Shown in pieces: positions 41,856 through 52,605 of a stretch of DNA of 64,000 nt; the first letter of the stretch is position 1, and every line of letters starts with the position of its first letter. Origin of the DNA: an uncultured Candidatus Rokubacteria bacterium (GTDB taxonomy: Bacteria; Methylomirabilota; Methylomirabilia; Rokubacteriales; CSP1-6); contig CAVWWD010000004.1 of NCBI GenBank assembly GCA_963758635.1, positions 32,001 through 96,000 on the forward strand, read 5' to 3'. Under the pieces are notes generated by a model that was not told the origin of the DNA, searched no databases, and saw only the letters and a list, made by a program, of their open reading frames with translations. A program made the translations under genes and the position numbers.

Positions 41856-43712
41856 GTGACCTTCGAGCCGCAGTCGGTCCTCCGCGCGCGCTGCCATCAT
41901 CCCTCCGGCCGGTTCGTGCCGTTCGACGCGGCCGACGTCGAGCAATCGGTCCCGGCCCGCTTCGAGCAGCAGGTCGACCTCCACGCCGGCCGGATCGCCA
42001 TCCGCACCGCCGCAGAGACGCTCACGTATGGCGAGCTGGACCGGCTGGCCAACCGCATCGCGCAGGCGATCCTGGCCCGCATCGGCGAGGGCACCGAGCC
42101 GGTGGTGGTGCTGTTCGAGCACGAGGCCGCCGGCATCGCCGCCGTCCTCGGCGTGCTGAAGGCGGGCCGGTGCTACGTGCCGCTGGACCCCGCCGCGCCC
42201 ATCGCCCGGAGCGCGTTCCTGGTCGCGGATGCCGGCGCGCGCCTCGTCGTGACCCATCGCCGCTGCGTCTCCCTGGCCCGGAGCCTGGCCGGAGACCGGG
42301 AGATCCTCGACGTGGACGGGCTGGACGCGTCGGCGCCCTCCGAGCGGCCCGCCCTCGCCGTGTCGCCGGACGCCCTGGCCAGCATCTACTACACCTCGGG
42401 GTCGACCGGCCGGCCCAAGGGCGTGATGGAGATCCACCGGCACCGGCTCGTCAACGCGCGCGCGAACGTGAACCAGCTCCGCATCACGGCCGACGACCGC
42501 CTCGTGCTCCTCTACACCGTGGGCTTCAGCGGCTCGGTCAACGGCATCTTCGGCGCGCTGCTCAGCGGCGCCCGGCTCTGCCCGTTCGACCTCCGCGCGG
42601 CCGGGCCCGCCGCGCTGGCGCGCTGGCTCCGCGAGGAGGAGATCACGATCTACCATTCCACGCCGCCCATCTTCCGGAGCGTGCTCGACGCGCTCGGGCC
42701 GGCCGACACGTTCCCTGCGCTCCGCCTGGTGCTCCTCGCCAGCGACTCCGTCCACCCGGCGGACGTGGCGCGGTGGCGGCGCCACTTCGTGCCGTCGTGC
42801 CTGCTCCTCAACTCGTGGGGCGCGACCGAGTCGCCGTTCTTTCGCCCGTACTTCATCGGCGCGCGGAGCGAGCTGCCCGATGCCGGTGTCCCGGCGATCG
42901 GCCCGGCGACGGAGGAAGACGACGAGATCCGCCTGCTCGACGACGACGGCCGCGCCGTCGGGTCGGGCGAGACCGGGGAGATCGTGGTCGCCGGCCGTCA
43001 CCTCTCGCCGGGCTACTGGGGGCGGGAGGACCTCACGCGGGCGCGATTCCGGCCGGCGAGCGGCGGCGACGAGCGCGCGTACTTCACCGGCGACCTGGGC
43101 CGGAGGCTGGCGGACGGCTCGATCGTGCACCTCGGCCGGAAGGACTTCCAGGTCAAGGTGCGCGGCTACCGTGTCGAGCCCGGCGAGGTCGAGGGCGAGC
43201 TGCGCGCGCTGCCGGGGATCGGCGATGCCGCCGTCATGGGCCAGGCCGACGGCCAGGGCGGGCACCGGCTCGTCGCCTACGTGGTGCCGTCCGGCGCGGC
43301 GCCCGACGTGGGCGCGCTCCGCCACGCTCTCGGCGATCGGCTGCCGGAGTACCTGGTCCCGGCGCGGTTCGTCTTCCTCACCGCGTTGCCGTTGACCGCC
43401 AACGGCAAGCTCGACCGGCTCGCGCTGCCGGATCCGGGACGAGGGCGTCCGGCGCTGCACCAGGCGTTCCGGGAGCCGCGCACGCCGCTGGAGCGGACCC
43501 TCGCCGGGATCTGGGCGGCGGTGCTCGACCTGGACGAGGTCGGGGTGGATGACGACTTCCTCGATCTCGGCGGCGACTCCCTCCGGGCCATGCAGGTCGT
43601 GACGCGCGTGCAGGAGGCCTCGGGCGTGAGCGTGCCCGTGCAGGCGCTGTTCGAGGCGGCCACCGTGGCGCTCATGGCCACGGCCATCGCCACGCATCAA
43701 ACGCGGAGGTGA
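41856..43712 (+). CDS. Stand-alone NRPS-like adenylation-thiolation didomain
   Basis: YTSGSTGRPKG, TGDLG, QVKVRGYRVE, NGKLDR; PCP motif FLDLGGDSL. Confidence 0.9.
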   Translation: MTFEPQSVLRARCHHPSGRFVPFDAADVEQSVPARFEQQVDLHAGRIAIRTAAETLTYGELDRLANRIAQAILARIGEGTEPVVVLFEHEAAGIAAVLGVLKAGRCYVPLDPAAPIARSAFLVADAGARLVVTHRRCVSLARSLAGDREILDVDGLDASAPSERPALAVSPDALASIYYTSGSTGRPKGVMEIHRHRLVNARANVNQLRITADDRLVLLYTVGFSGSVNGIFGALLSGARLCPFDLRAAGPAALARWLREEEITIYHSTPPIFRSVLDALGPADTFPALRLVLLASDSVHPADVARWRRHFVPSCLLLNSWGATESPFFRPYFIGARSELPDAGVPAIGPATEEDDEIRLLDDDGRAVGSGETGEIVVAGRHLSPGYWGREDLTRARFRPASGGDERAYFTGDLGRRLADGSIVHLGRKDFQVKVRGYRVEPGEVEGELRALPGIGDAAVMGQADGQGGHRLVAYVVPSGAAPDVGALRHALGDRLPEYLVPARFVFLTALPLTANGKLDRLALPDPGRGRPALHQAFREPRTPLERTLAGIWAAVLDLDEVGVDDDFLDLGGDSLRAMQVVTRVQEASGVSVPVQALFEAATVALMATAIATHQTRR

Positions 43713-43717
43713 GGGAC

Positions 43718-44530
43718 ATGACGCGTGCGCTCGTGCTCGCCTGGCTGTGCCTCGCCGCGCCCGCGCTGGCGCGCGCCGAGGCGCCGGACACGGTGTTCCT
43801 GGACGAGCTCACGTGGACGGAGGTCCGCGACGCCCAGCGGGCGGGGAAGACCACCGTGCTCGTGCCCACGGGCGGCACCGAGCAGAACGGGCCGCACATG
43901 GCGCTCGGCAAGCACAACGTGATCGCGCGTCACACCGCGGAGGCCATCGCCCGGAAGCTCGGCAACGCGCTCGTCGCGCCGGTGCTCGCCTACGTTCCTG
44001 AGGGCGCGGTGGAGCCGCCCACCGGCCACATGCGCTTCCCGGGGACGATCACGCTGCCCGAGACGCACTTCCGGAGCGTGGTGGAGTGGGCGGCGCGGAG
44101 CCTTCGCGCTGGCGGCTTCCGCGACGTCGTCCTGCTCGGCGACAGCGGCGGCAACCAGGCCGGGCTGCGCGCGGTGGCCGCCGCGCTCACGCGCGAGTGG
44201 GCGCGCGCGGGCGCGCGCGTGCACTTCGCGTCCGACTACTACACGGCGGGCGCCGACCGTGACGGCGCGGTGGCGCGCTGGCTCCGGGCGCAGGGCGGCC
44301 GCGCCGAGGACGCGGGCGCCCACGCCGGTCTCGCCGACACGGCACAGCTCATGGCGGTGGACCCGAAGCTGGTGCGGACGGACCGGCTGGCCGGTGTGAC
44401 GGTGGGATCGGCGACCGGCGTGGCCGCCAGCCCGGCCGGCGCCACCGCCGCTCAGGGCCGCCGGATGCTCGATCTACGCGTCGACGCCGCGGTGGCCCAG
44501 ATCACGCGGCTGATCGCCGCGGGGCGCTGA
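43718..44530 (+). CDS. Creatininase-family amidohydrolase with signal peptide
   Basis: ELTWTEV, GGTEQNGPH, FPGTITL, GDSGGNQ, HAGLADT. Confidence 0.8.
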   Translation: MTRALVLAWLCLAAPALARAEAPDTVFLDELTWTEVRDAQRAGKTTVLVPTGGTEQNGPHMALGKHNVIARHTAEAIARKLGNALVAPVLAYVPEGAVEPPTGHMRFPGTITLPETHFRSVVEWAARSLRAGGFRDVVLLGDSGGNQAGLRAVAAALTREWARAGARVHFASDYYTAGADRDGAVARWLRAQGGRAEDAGAHAGLADTAQLMAVDPKLVRTDRLAGVTVGSATGVAASPAGATAAQGRRMLDLRVDAAVAQITRLIAAGR

Positions 44531-46308
44531 GCGCGCCTCGCCGCGCGCCGCGCGGACCAGCGCGGCGAGGTCGGCCACGGTGGAGGCGGCCAGCAGGGCG
44601 GCCATCGGGATCTCCACCGCGAACGTCTCCGCCATGCGGGCGATCACGCGCGTGGCCCGGAGCGAGTCGCCGCCCAGGTCGAGGAACGGGTCGTCCGCTC
44701 CCACCGTGTCGATCCCGAGCACCTCCTGCCACGTCGCGCGCGATGGCTCCGCTCCACGTCGTCCGCCGGCGCGCGGTACGCGGCCTCGAGATCGGGCCGC
44801 GCGGTGCCGGGCCGCGGCAGCACGCGGCGGTTCACCTTGCCGTTCTGGGCCTGGGGCAGGGCGGCGAGCTGGACGAACGCCGTGGGCATCATGGCGGTCG
44901 GCAGCACGGCGGCGAGCGCGCGGCGAAGCGAGGTCACGGTGGGCGGCGTGCCGGGCCGCGGCACAACGTACGCGACCAGACGCACCTCGTCGGCGTCGTC
45001 CGCGACGCCCGTCACCACCGCCTCGGACACGCCGGGATGCCGCAGCAGCGCCTGCTCGATCTCGTCCAGCTCGACGCGGTGGCCGCGGATCTTCACCTGC
45101 GAGTCCTTGCGGCCCATCGGCACGCAGTTCCCGTCTGGGAGCATGCGGGCGAGGTCGCCGGTGCGGTAGCGGCGAAGGGCTGGATCGTCGGGATCGACGG
45201 AGAACGCGGCGGCGGTCAGCGAAGGGCGCCGCCAGTAGCCCGGCGAGAGATAGCGGCTCCGCGCCACGAGCTCGCCGATCTCGCCGGGGGCCACCTCGCG
45301 GCCGTCGGCGTCCACCAGCAGCATCTCCACGTCCGGGGCGTTCCAGCCCACGGGAACGCGGTTGCCCTCGAAGGTCGACGCGTGGTCGAGGAAGATCCAG
45401 CGGAGCGGTCCCGTCTCGCTGCTGCCGAGGCGGTTGACCAGCCGCGCGTTCGGAAAGTGCCGGCGGAACGCCTCGAAGTCGCGCCGGTGCGAGGCCTCGC
45501 CCCAGAGCCGCACCAGCCGCACGTCGGGCATCTGCTCGCCCGGCGCGAAGGCCGCGGTCACGTTGCGGAACACGGTCGGCACCGAGGAGTACACGGTGCT
45601 GCGCTGCTCGCGGAGCCACGCGCCCACGCCGGCGACGCCGTCCCGCGCGGGGTGCCAGGGGCAGAAGCACCCGCCCGTGGAGAGCGAGATCAACAGGTCG
45701 TGCAGGCCTCCGTTGACGGCAAGGCCGAACAGCGAGGTGAGCCGGTCCTCCGGCGTCATGCGGAAGCCGTTGGCGTAGACCCAGAGGTACTGCATGAGGT
45801 TCCGGTGCGTCTGCACCAGCCCCTTGGGCTGGCCGGTGGAGCCCGACGTATAGACGATCCACACGTCGGTGTCCGGATCGATGGCCGCCGGGGGCGGCGT
45901 GTCCGGCCACGCGCGGTCCAGCGCGGTCACGTCGGCCACGTGCATGCCCGCGGGGGCGAGCGCGACGGCGCGGGAGAGATGCGCGGCGTCGGTGAGCACG
46001 ATGCGGGCCTGGCAGTCCTCCAGGATGGTCGCGGCGCGCGCGTCGGGCAGCCGCGGGTCGATCGGCACGTAGCGCTTGCCCGCGCGGAAGGCGCCCACGA
46101 ACGTCTCCGCCGCCTCGACGTCGCCGTCGAGCAGGACGGCGACCGACTCGACGCCCGGCCCGCCGGCGGCGAGGAGGGCGTGGGCGATGCGGGCGCTGGT
46201 GGCGTCCAGCTCGCCGTACGTGCGGGCCGCGCGGGTGGTGACGATGGCCGGGCGGTCTCGATGGCGCGCGGCGATCCGCGCGAACCGCGCGGCGAGGCTC
46301 TCGTGCAT
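44474..46308 (-). CDS. Second stand-alone adenylation-thiolation didomain (frameshift ~44745)
   Basis: YTSGSTGQPKG, YRTGDL, QVKIRGHRVE, NGKVNR; FLDLGGDSL in the 44474 frame. Confidence 0.85.
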
Positions 46309-46409
46309 GTCGTCGCGGCGGAATCCACGGCGGGATTATAGCCAGGACGGCCCGGTCTCCCTCTCTGGTAATCTCTCGGAAGGAGTTCCACCTCGACCAA
46401 GGAGATCCG

Positions 46410-48623
46410 ATGAGCCGGAGCACGATCTACGAGACGCCGCGCGTCGCGCCGCGCGAGGGCGAGACCGTCGTCACCAGCACCTGCGGGCACAACTGCGGCG
46501 GGCGGTGCGTGGTCAACGCCCACGTGCGGGACGGCCGCATGGTGAAGATCTCCACCGACCCGCGGAAGTGGACGCCGGAGCTGCCGCCGCTGCACGCGTG
46601 CGTGCGCGGCTTCGGCCAGCTCGAGCGCGTCTATCATCCGGACCGGCTCACGCACCCGCTGCGCCGCACCGGCCCCCGCGGCTCCGGCCAGTTCGAGCGC
46701 ATCTCCTGGGACTCGGCGCTCGACGAGGTGGCCCGCCAGCTCCTGCGCGTGCGGGCGACACACGGGAACGCGGCCATCCTGGATGCCTCGCGCTCCGGCA
46801 GCACGTCGATGCTCCACGGCCGCCAGGTGGCCCAGCGCTTCCTCTACATGTTCGGCGGCTGCACCGAGCTCTGGTCGAACATGTCGGCGGAGGCCGAGAT
46901 GTTCTCGGTGAAGATGACCTACGGCGCCAAGGCCGAGTACAAGAGCGCGGGGCGCGAGCCCACCGACTACCCGAACTCCAAGCTGATCGTCATGTGGGGG
47001 TGGAGCCCGGGCGACGGCACGTTCGGCACCGGCACGTTCCAGTACCTCAAGTGGGCGCGCAAGCAGGGCGTGCGGATCGTGTGCGTGGACCCCCGGCGGA
47101 CCAAGTCGAGCCTGGAGCTGGCCGACGAGCACGTGTTCATCCGTCCGTCCACCGACGCCGCCGCCCTCATCGCGATGGCGTACGTGATCGTCACCGAGGG
47201 GCTGCACGACCAGGCCTACTGCGACCGCCACGTGCTCGGCTTCGACGAGGCGCACCTGCCCGCGGGCGCGCCGGCCGGCGCGTCGTACCGCTCGTACCTG
47301 CTGGGCCTCGCCGACGGCGTGCGCAAGACGCCGGAGTGGGCGGCCGAGCTCACCGGCATGCCTGCCGCCACCATCCGCCGGCTCGCCGTGGAGTTCGCCA
47401 CGTCGAAGCCCGCCGCCCTCCACTGCGGCTACGCGCCGGGGCGCACCGCCTACGGCGAGCAGTTCCACCGCTCCGCCTACGCGCTGGCCGCCATCACCGG
47501 CAACGTGGGCATCGCCGGCGGGAACTCCGGCGCCAGCAACGGCGCCACCGGCCGCGCGGGGATCCGGAGCCTGCCCATGGGCGCCAATCCCATCGACGCG
47601 CGCGTGGCCTCGCCGCTCCTGGCCGACCTCCTGGCGCGCGGCGAGGCGGGCGGCTATCCGGCCGACATCAAGCTGATCTACGCGGCGGCGGGCGACCTCT
47701 TCAACCAGGCGCCGAACGCCAACAAGACCGTGGCCTCGATCGACGGCGTGGAGTTCTTCGTGGCCCAGGACCACTTCCTCACCCCGACGGCGCGCTACGC
47801 GGACGTGGTGCTGCCCGCCACGACGTTCTGGGAGCGGAACGACGTGCAGACGCCGTGGGCGGGGGCGGGGCACTACACGATCTTCATGAAGCAGGCCATC
47901 GAGCCGTACGAGGAATGCCGGAACGACATCGACATCTTCGCCGACCTCGCCCGGCGCGTCGGCATCGAGGGCTACAACGACCGCACGGAGATGGAGTGGC
48001 TGCGCGAGCTGACGAAGGACGCGGTGGACGACTTCGACGCCTTCCGCGAGCGGGGCCTCGCGCGGCTGCCCGCCCCCGAGGACGCGGTGGCCTTCGCCCG
48101 GCAGATCCGCGAGCCCGAGGCGCATCCGTTCACGACGCCGTCGGGGAAGATCGAGGTCTACTCCACCGTGCTCGCGGCGAAGCCCGATCCCTACGGCCTC
48201 GGCGCCATCCCGCCCATCCCCACGTGGATCCCGCCGCTGACGCCGGATCCGCGCTTTCCGCTCCAGCTCTGCACGCCCAAGTCGCGGGCGCGGACCCACT
48301 CCGTGCACGGCAACCAGGAGATCCTCTCGCGGGCCGACCGCGACGACGTGTGGCTCCACCCGGACGATGCCGCCGCGCGCGGCATCGCCGACGGGCAGAT
48401 GGTCCGCGTGTGGAACGACCGCGGGGCCACGATCGTGCCGGCCAAGGTGACCGATCGCATCGCGCCGGGCGTGGTCTCGGTGCGGGAAGGCGCCTGGTAC
48501 TCGCCGGACGCCGAGGGCGCGGACCGGAAGGGCTGCGCCAACGTGCTGACCGACGACCGCTCGGCGCCCTGCGGCGCGACCACCTACAACACCTGCCTGG
48601 TCCAGGTCGAGCCCGCGCCGTGA
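46410..48623 (+). CDS. DMSO-reductase-family molybdopterin oxidoreductase (DmsA-like, no Tat leader)
   Basis: CGHNCGGRC..C cluster, NMS ligand position, DVVLPATT, TPSGKIE. Confidence 0.9.
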   Translation: MSRSTIYETPRVAPREGETVVTSTCGHNCGGRCVVNAHVRDGRMVKISTDPRKWTPELPPLHACVRGFGQLERVYHPDRLTHPLRRTGPRGSGQFERISWDSALDEVARQLLRVRATHGNAAILDASRSGSTSMLHGRQVAQRFLYMFGGCTELWSNMSAEAEMFSVKMTYGAKAEYKSAGREPTDYPNSKLIVMWGWSPGDGTFGTGTFQYLKWARKQGVRIVCVDPRRTKSSLELADEHVFIRPSTDAAALIAMAYVIVTEGLHDQAYCDRHVLGFDEAHLPAGAPAGASYRSYLLGLADGVRKTPEWAAELTGMPAATIRRLAVEFATSKPAALHCGYAPGRTAYGEQFHRSAYALAAITGNVGIAGGNSGASNGATGRAGIRSLPMGANPIDARVASPLLADLLARGEAGGYPADIKLIYAAAGDLFNQAPNANKTVASIDGVEFFVAQDHFLTPTARYADVVLPATTFWERNDVQTPWAGAGHYTIFMKQAIEPYEECRNDIDIFADLARRVGIEGYNDRTEMEWLRELTKDAVDDFDAFRERGLARLPAPEDAVAFARQIREPEAHPFTTPSGKIEVYSTVLAAKPDPYGLGAIPPIPTWIPPLTPDPRFPLQLCTPKSRARTHSVHGNQEILSRADRDDVWLHPDDAAARGIADGQMVRVWNDRGATIVPAKVTDRIAPGVVSVREGAWYSPDAEGADRKGCANVLTDDRSAPCGATTYNTCLVQVEPAP

Positions 48624-48676
48624 CGCCCGGCGGACGGCCGCGATCAGGCGCGAGTAGATCCTGCTGATGAGCTCTT

Positions 48677-48809
48677 CCCCTCTCCCCTCCGGGGAGAGGG
48701 CAGGGTGAGGGGCCGTCGCACAGGCACGCGGGTCGACTCCACGGACGTCAGCCCGCGAGGTGGTGCCACCGACCCTCACCCACCCCTCTCCCTGGAAGGG
48801 AGAGGGGGG
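48677..48809. repeat. Inverted pair of REP-like CCCTCTCCC/GGGAGAGGG palindromes
   Basis: 48677-48712 and 48773-48809, opposite orientation; same unit as 16252-16290. Confidence 0.75.
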
Positions 48810-48816
48810 ACCTGTG

Positions 48817-50061
48817 ATGACGGACGGCTCCGCGTTCCGTCCGGGCGCCCGCTGGGTCGTCGTCGCCACGCTATGGGCGACGCTCGGCATCACCTCCGGG
48901 CTCTTCTTCTCCTTCCCCGTCTTCTTCGTCCCGCTGATCGAGGAGTTCGGCTGGTCGCGGGGCGTGGCCGCCGGCGCGTTCTCGCTGTCCTCGGTCGTCC
49001 AGGGGCTCCTGTCGCCGCTCGTCGGGATGCTGGTGGATCGCTTCGGCCCGCGGCGGGTCATGCTCGGCGGCTCGCTCCTCGTCGGCGTGTCCGCGTTCCT
49101 CGGCAGCCAGGTCGCCTCGCTCTGGCACCTTTACCTGGTGATCGGCGTGCTCGGCGCGGCGGGCATCTGCGCGGTGGGCTGGGTGCCAGGTGGCGCGCTC
49201 ATCACGCAGTGGTTCGCGGAGCGCCGCGGCAGCGTCATGGGCATCGCGTTCTCGGGCATGGGCGTCGGCATCCTCGTCATGGGCCCGCTCACCCAGTGGC
49301 TGATCGCCACGCAGGGCTGGCGCCGCGCCTACGCCCTGCTCGGCGTGGGCTCGGTGATCGTGCTGCTGCCCTTGATCTGGGCCGGCGTCCGTGAGGCCCC
49401 GCGGCCCGCGCGGCCGAGCGCGGCGGCCACGACCGCCCCCGCGGGGCCGCCGCCCGAAGGCATCACCGTCCGCGACGCTATGCGCACCCGCGCCTTCTGG
49501 GCGCTCTTCTTCGCGTACATGTGCACCCCGCTCGCCGTGTTCCCGGTGGTGACGCACCAGGTGGCCTTCGCCGTCGACCAGGGGTTTTCGCGGCTCTTCG
49601 TGGCGAGCATCTTCGGCCTCACCGGCCTCATGTCGGTGGGGGGTCGCGTGCTCTTCGGCGTGGCCGCCGACCGCATCGGCCGCGCGCCCTCGGCCACCTT
49701 GTCCTACACGTGCACCGCGCTGGGCACGCTAGCGCTGCTGTCGCTGGAGCGGTGGCACGACCCGGCGCCCCTCTACGTCTACGCGTTGCTGTTCGGCCTC
49801 GGCTTCGGCGCCCGCGGGCCCATCATCACCGCGATGGCCGCGCAGCTCTTCCCCGGCCGCCGCTTCGCCGCCATCTACGGCGCGATCACCGTGGGCAACG
49901 GCGCCGGCGGCGCCGTCGGCCCCTGGTTCGCCGGCGCCATCCACGACATGACCGGCAGCTACCGCATCGCCTTCCTTCTCTCGGTGTTCTTCTGCGCCAT
50001 GGGCGCCGCCTGCTTCTGGATCGCCTCCTACTCGCCCCGCCCGAGACACCGAGACGCGTGA
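48817..50061 (+). CDS. MFS transporter (oxalate/formate antiporter-like)
   Basis: FGWSR, GMLVDRFGPR, WFAERRG, ADRIGR; many hydrophobic segments. Confidence 0.9.
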   Translation: MTDGSAFRPGARWVVVATLWATLGITSGLFFSFPVFFVPLIEEFGWSRGVAAGAFSLSSVVQGLLSPLVGMLVDRFGPRRVMLGGSLLVGVSAFLGSQVASLWHLYLVIGVLGAAGICAVGWVPGGALITQWFAERRGSVMGIAFSGMGVGILVMGPLTQWLIATQGWRRAYALLGVGSVIVLLPLIWAGVREAPRPARPSAAATTAPAGPPPEGITVRDAMRTRAFWALFFAYMCTPLAVFPVVTHQVAFAVDQGFSRLFVASIFGLTGLMSVGGRVLFGVAADRIGRAPSATLSYTCTALGTLALLSLERWHDPAPLYVYALLFGLGFGARGPIITAMAAQLFPGRRFAAIYGAITVGNGAGGAVGPWFAGAIHDMTGSYRIAFLLSVFFCAMGAACFWIASYSPRPRHRDA

Positions 50062-50130
50062 GCCGCGCCCGTGCGCGCAACGCCGCGCAACACCGGGGTC
50101 AGACCTCGCGCAACACCAGCGCCTGGCCGT

Positions 50131-50277
50131 GGGGCGGCGGGGAGGGGGCAGGGGTCGCGGCGGCCCTTCCCCTCCTTCCGTCGACGGAGATCGCGCGCCC
50201 GGATGGAGCCCAGTCCCAGCGGGGTAGCGGACGCGTGCGGCGTGGTCCCGAGACCCCTGCCCCCTCCCCGTCGCCCC
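50131..50277. repeat. 30-bp G-rich inverted repeat (MITE/REP-like)
   Basis: 50131-50160 vs reverse complement of 50248-50277: 28/30 identical. Confidence 0.75.
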
Positions 50278-50381
50278 GCCCAAGCGCGCCCGGCGCGACC
50301 GCTCCGACGACCACGCCGCGCTGGAGTATCATCCGACCGAGCCGTAGGAGCCCCGAGCGGCGCATCAGGAGGACGACCCGG

Positions 50382-51525
50382 ATGAAGCGAAGCGTCGAGC
50401 GCATCCTGACCACCCACACCGGCAGCCTGCCGCGCCCCGCCGACCTCATCCGCACCATGTTCGCGCGCGAGGAAGGCGTGCCCGTGGACGCCGGCGCCCT
50501 CGCCGCGCGCATCCGGACCGCGGTCGGCGAGATCGTCCGCACCCAGGCGGAGTGCGGCGTGGACGTCGTCAGCGACGGCGAGCTCTCCAAGCCGAGCTAC
50601 GCGACCTACGTGAAGGACCGTCTCACCGGATTCGGCGGAGCGAGCCACCCGCTGACCTACCAGGACCTGGCCGACTTCCCGGAGCTTGCGCGCCGGGTGT
50701 TCGGCGACCCCGGCCGCGCGCGCCGGAAGACCCCCGCGTGCGACGGCCCCATCGCCGTGCGCGACGGCCAGGCCGCGCAGGTAGACGCCGACAACCTGAA
50801 GGCGGCGGTCGGCGCGGCCGGCGCCGGCGAGGGCTTCCTCAGCGCGGCCTCGCCCGGCGTCATCTCGCTCTTCTTCCACGACACGCACTACCAGGACCAC
50901 GAGCGCTACCTCTTCGCCATCGCCGAGGCCATGCGCCACGAGTACGAGACGGTGGCGCGCGCGGGGCTCACGCTCCAGATCGACTGCCCGGACCTCGCCA
51001 TGGGCCGCCACATCCAGTTCGCAAGCCTCGACCTCGCCGCGTTCAGGACGATGGCGCGCCTGCACGTGGAGGCCCTGAACCAGGCCACGGCCAACGTGCC
51101 TGCGGAGCAGCTCCGCCTCCACGTGTGCTGGGGCAACTACGAGGGGCCGCACCACTACGACGTGGCCGCTGGCCGACATCATCGACGTCGTCTTCGAGTC
51201 CCGCGCCACCGCGATCTCGTTCGAGGCGGCCAACCCGCGCCACGGCCACGAGTGGAAGCTGTTCGAGCGCGTGAAGGTGCCGGCGGGCAAGGTGCTGATT
51301 CCCGGCGTCATCGAGTCCAAGACCAACTACATCGAGCACCCCGAGCTGGTGGCGCAGCGGATCGAGCGCTACGCGCGCCTGGTGGGCCGCGAGAACGTCA
51401 TCGCCGGCACCGACTGCGGCTTCGGCACCTGGGTGGGCCAGGCCGCGGTGGACCCGGGCGTGGTGTGGGCGAAGATGCGGAGCCTCGCCGAGGGCGCGCG
51501 CCTCGCGTCGCGCCAGCTCTGGTGA
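50382..51525 (+). CDS. Cobalamin-independent methionine synthase II family protein (frameshift ~51168)
   Basis: TTHTGSLPRP, HVCWGNYEGPH, FEAANPRH, DCGF. Confidence 0.9.
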
Positions 51526-51573
51526 GACGCCGGCCGACCCTGACCCTCATCCCTCACTTCCGGAGGAGCGATC

Positions 51574-52601
51574 GTGCCATTCGGCGGAAATGACTGGCTG
51601 GCCCTGACGCAGGAACCGACCCTCGAGCCCGAGCTGCCGATCTGCGACCCCCACCATCACTTCTGGGATCACCGCACGGGGCGGATCCCGTACCAGCGCT
51701 ACCTGCTCCACGAGCTGGCCGGACGACATCAACAGCGGGCACAACGTGCGCTCCACGGTGTTCATCGAGGCGCGCTCGATGTACCGCGCCGACGGCCCCG
51801 CGGAGATGCGCCCCGTGGGCGAGGTCGAGTTCGTCCAGGGGCTGGCCGCGGCGAGCGCGAGCGGGCTCTACGGCCCCGGCCGGGCCGCCGCCGCCATCGT
51901 GGGCCACGCCAACCTGAACCTGGGCGCGAAGGTCGAGCCGGTGCTCGACGCGCTCCAGGCGGCGAGCCCGAACCGTTTCCGCGGCATCCGACACTCCGTC
52001 ACCTGGGACCCGCACCCGGAGGTGGAGAACACCGCCGAGCAGAAGATCGAGAAGCAGCTCGCGAGCGGCCCGTTCCGCGAGGGCGCGAAGGTGCTGGCGA
52101 AGAAGGGCATGACGCTCGAGGCGTGGATGTTCTTTCCCCAGCTCCCCGAGCTGGCCGACTTCGCCAAGGCCGTGCCGGGACTGACGATCATCCTGAACCA
52201 CATCGGCGGGCTCCTCCGCGTGGGCCCCTACGCCAACCGCGAGGACGAGGTGCTGGCCACCTGGCGGAAGGGAATCGCCGCGGTGGCCGCGTGCCCGAAC
52301 GTCGTACATGAAGCTGGGCGGCATCGGCATGCCGCGCACGGGCTTCGACTGGCACACGCGGACCACGCCCATCGGGTCGGAGGAGCTGGCCGCGTCCATG
52401 ACGCCGTGGATCGCGTACTGCATCGAGCAGTTCGGGCCCGGCCGCTGCATGTTCGAGTCGAACTTCCCGGTGGACAAGGTCTCGTTCTCCTACAACGTCA
52501 TGTACAACGCGTTCAAGCGTCTGTCGCGCGGCTACTCCGCGGCCGAGCGCGCGGCGATGTTCCACGACACCGCGGCGCGCGTGTACCGCGTGGGCGTCTG
52601 A
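51574..52601 (+). CDS. Amidohydrolase_2 family lactonase-like protein (two frameshifts)
   Basis: DPHHHFWD, FRGIRH, LNHIGG, MFESNFPVD. Confidence 0.85.
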
Positions 52602-52605
52602 GCCC

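Noticed and set aside
45927..49061. Very long antisense ORFs (1044 aa here; also 23875-26607 and 28431-30950)
   Set aside because: Arg/Gly/Pro-rich shadow frames expected at high GC, overlapping well-supported genes.
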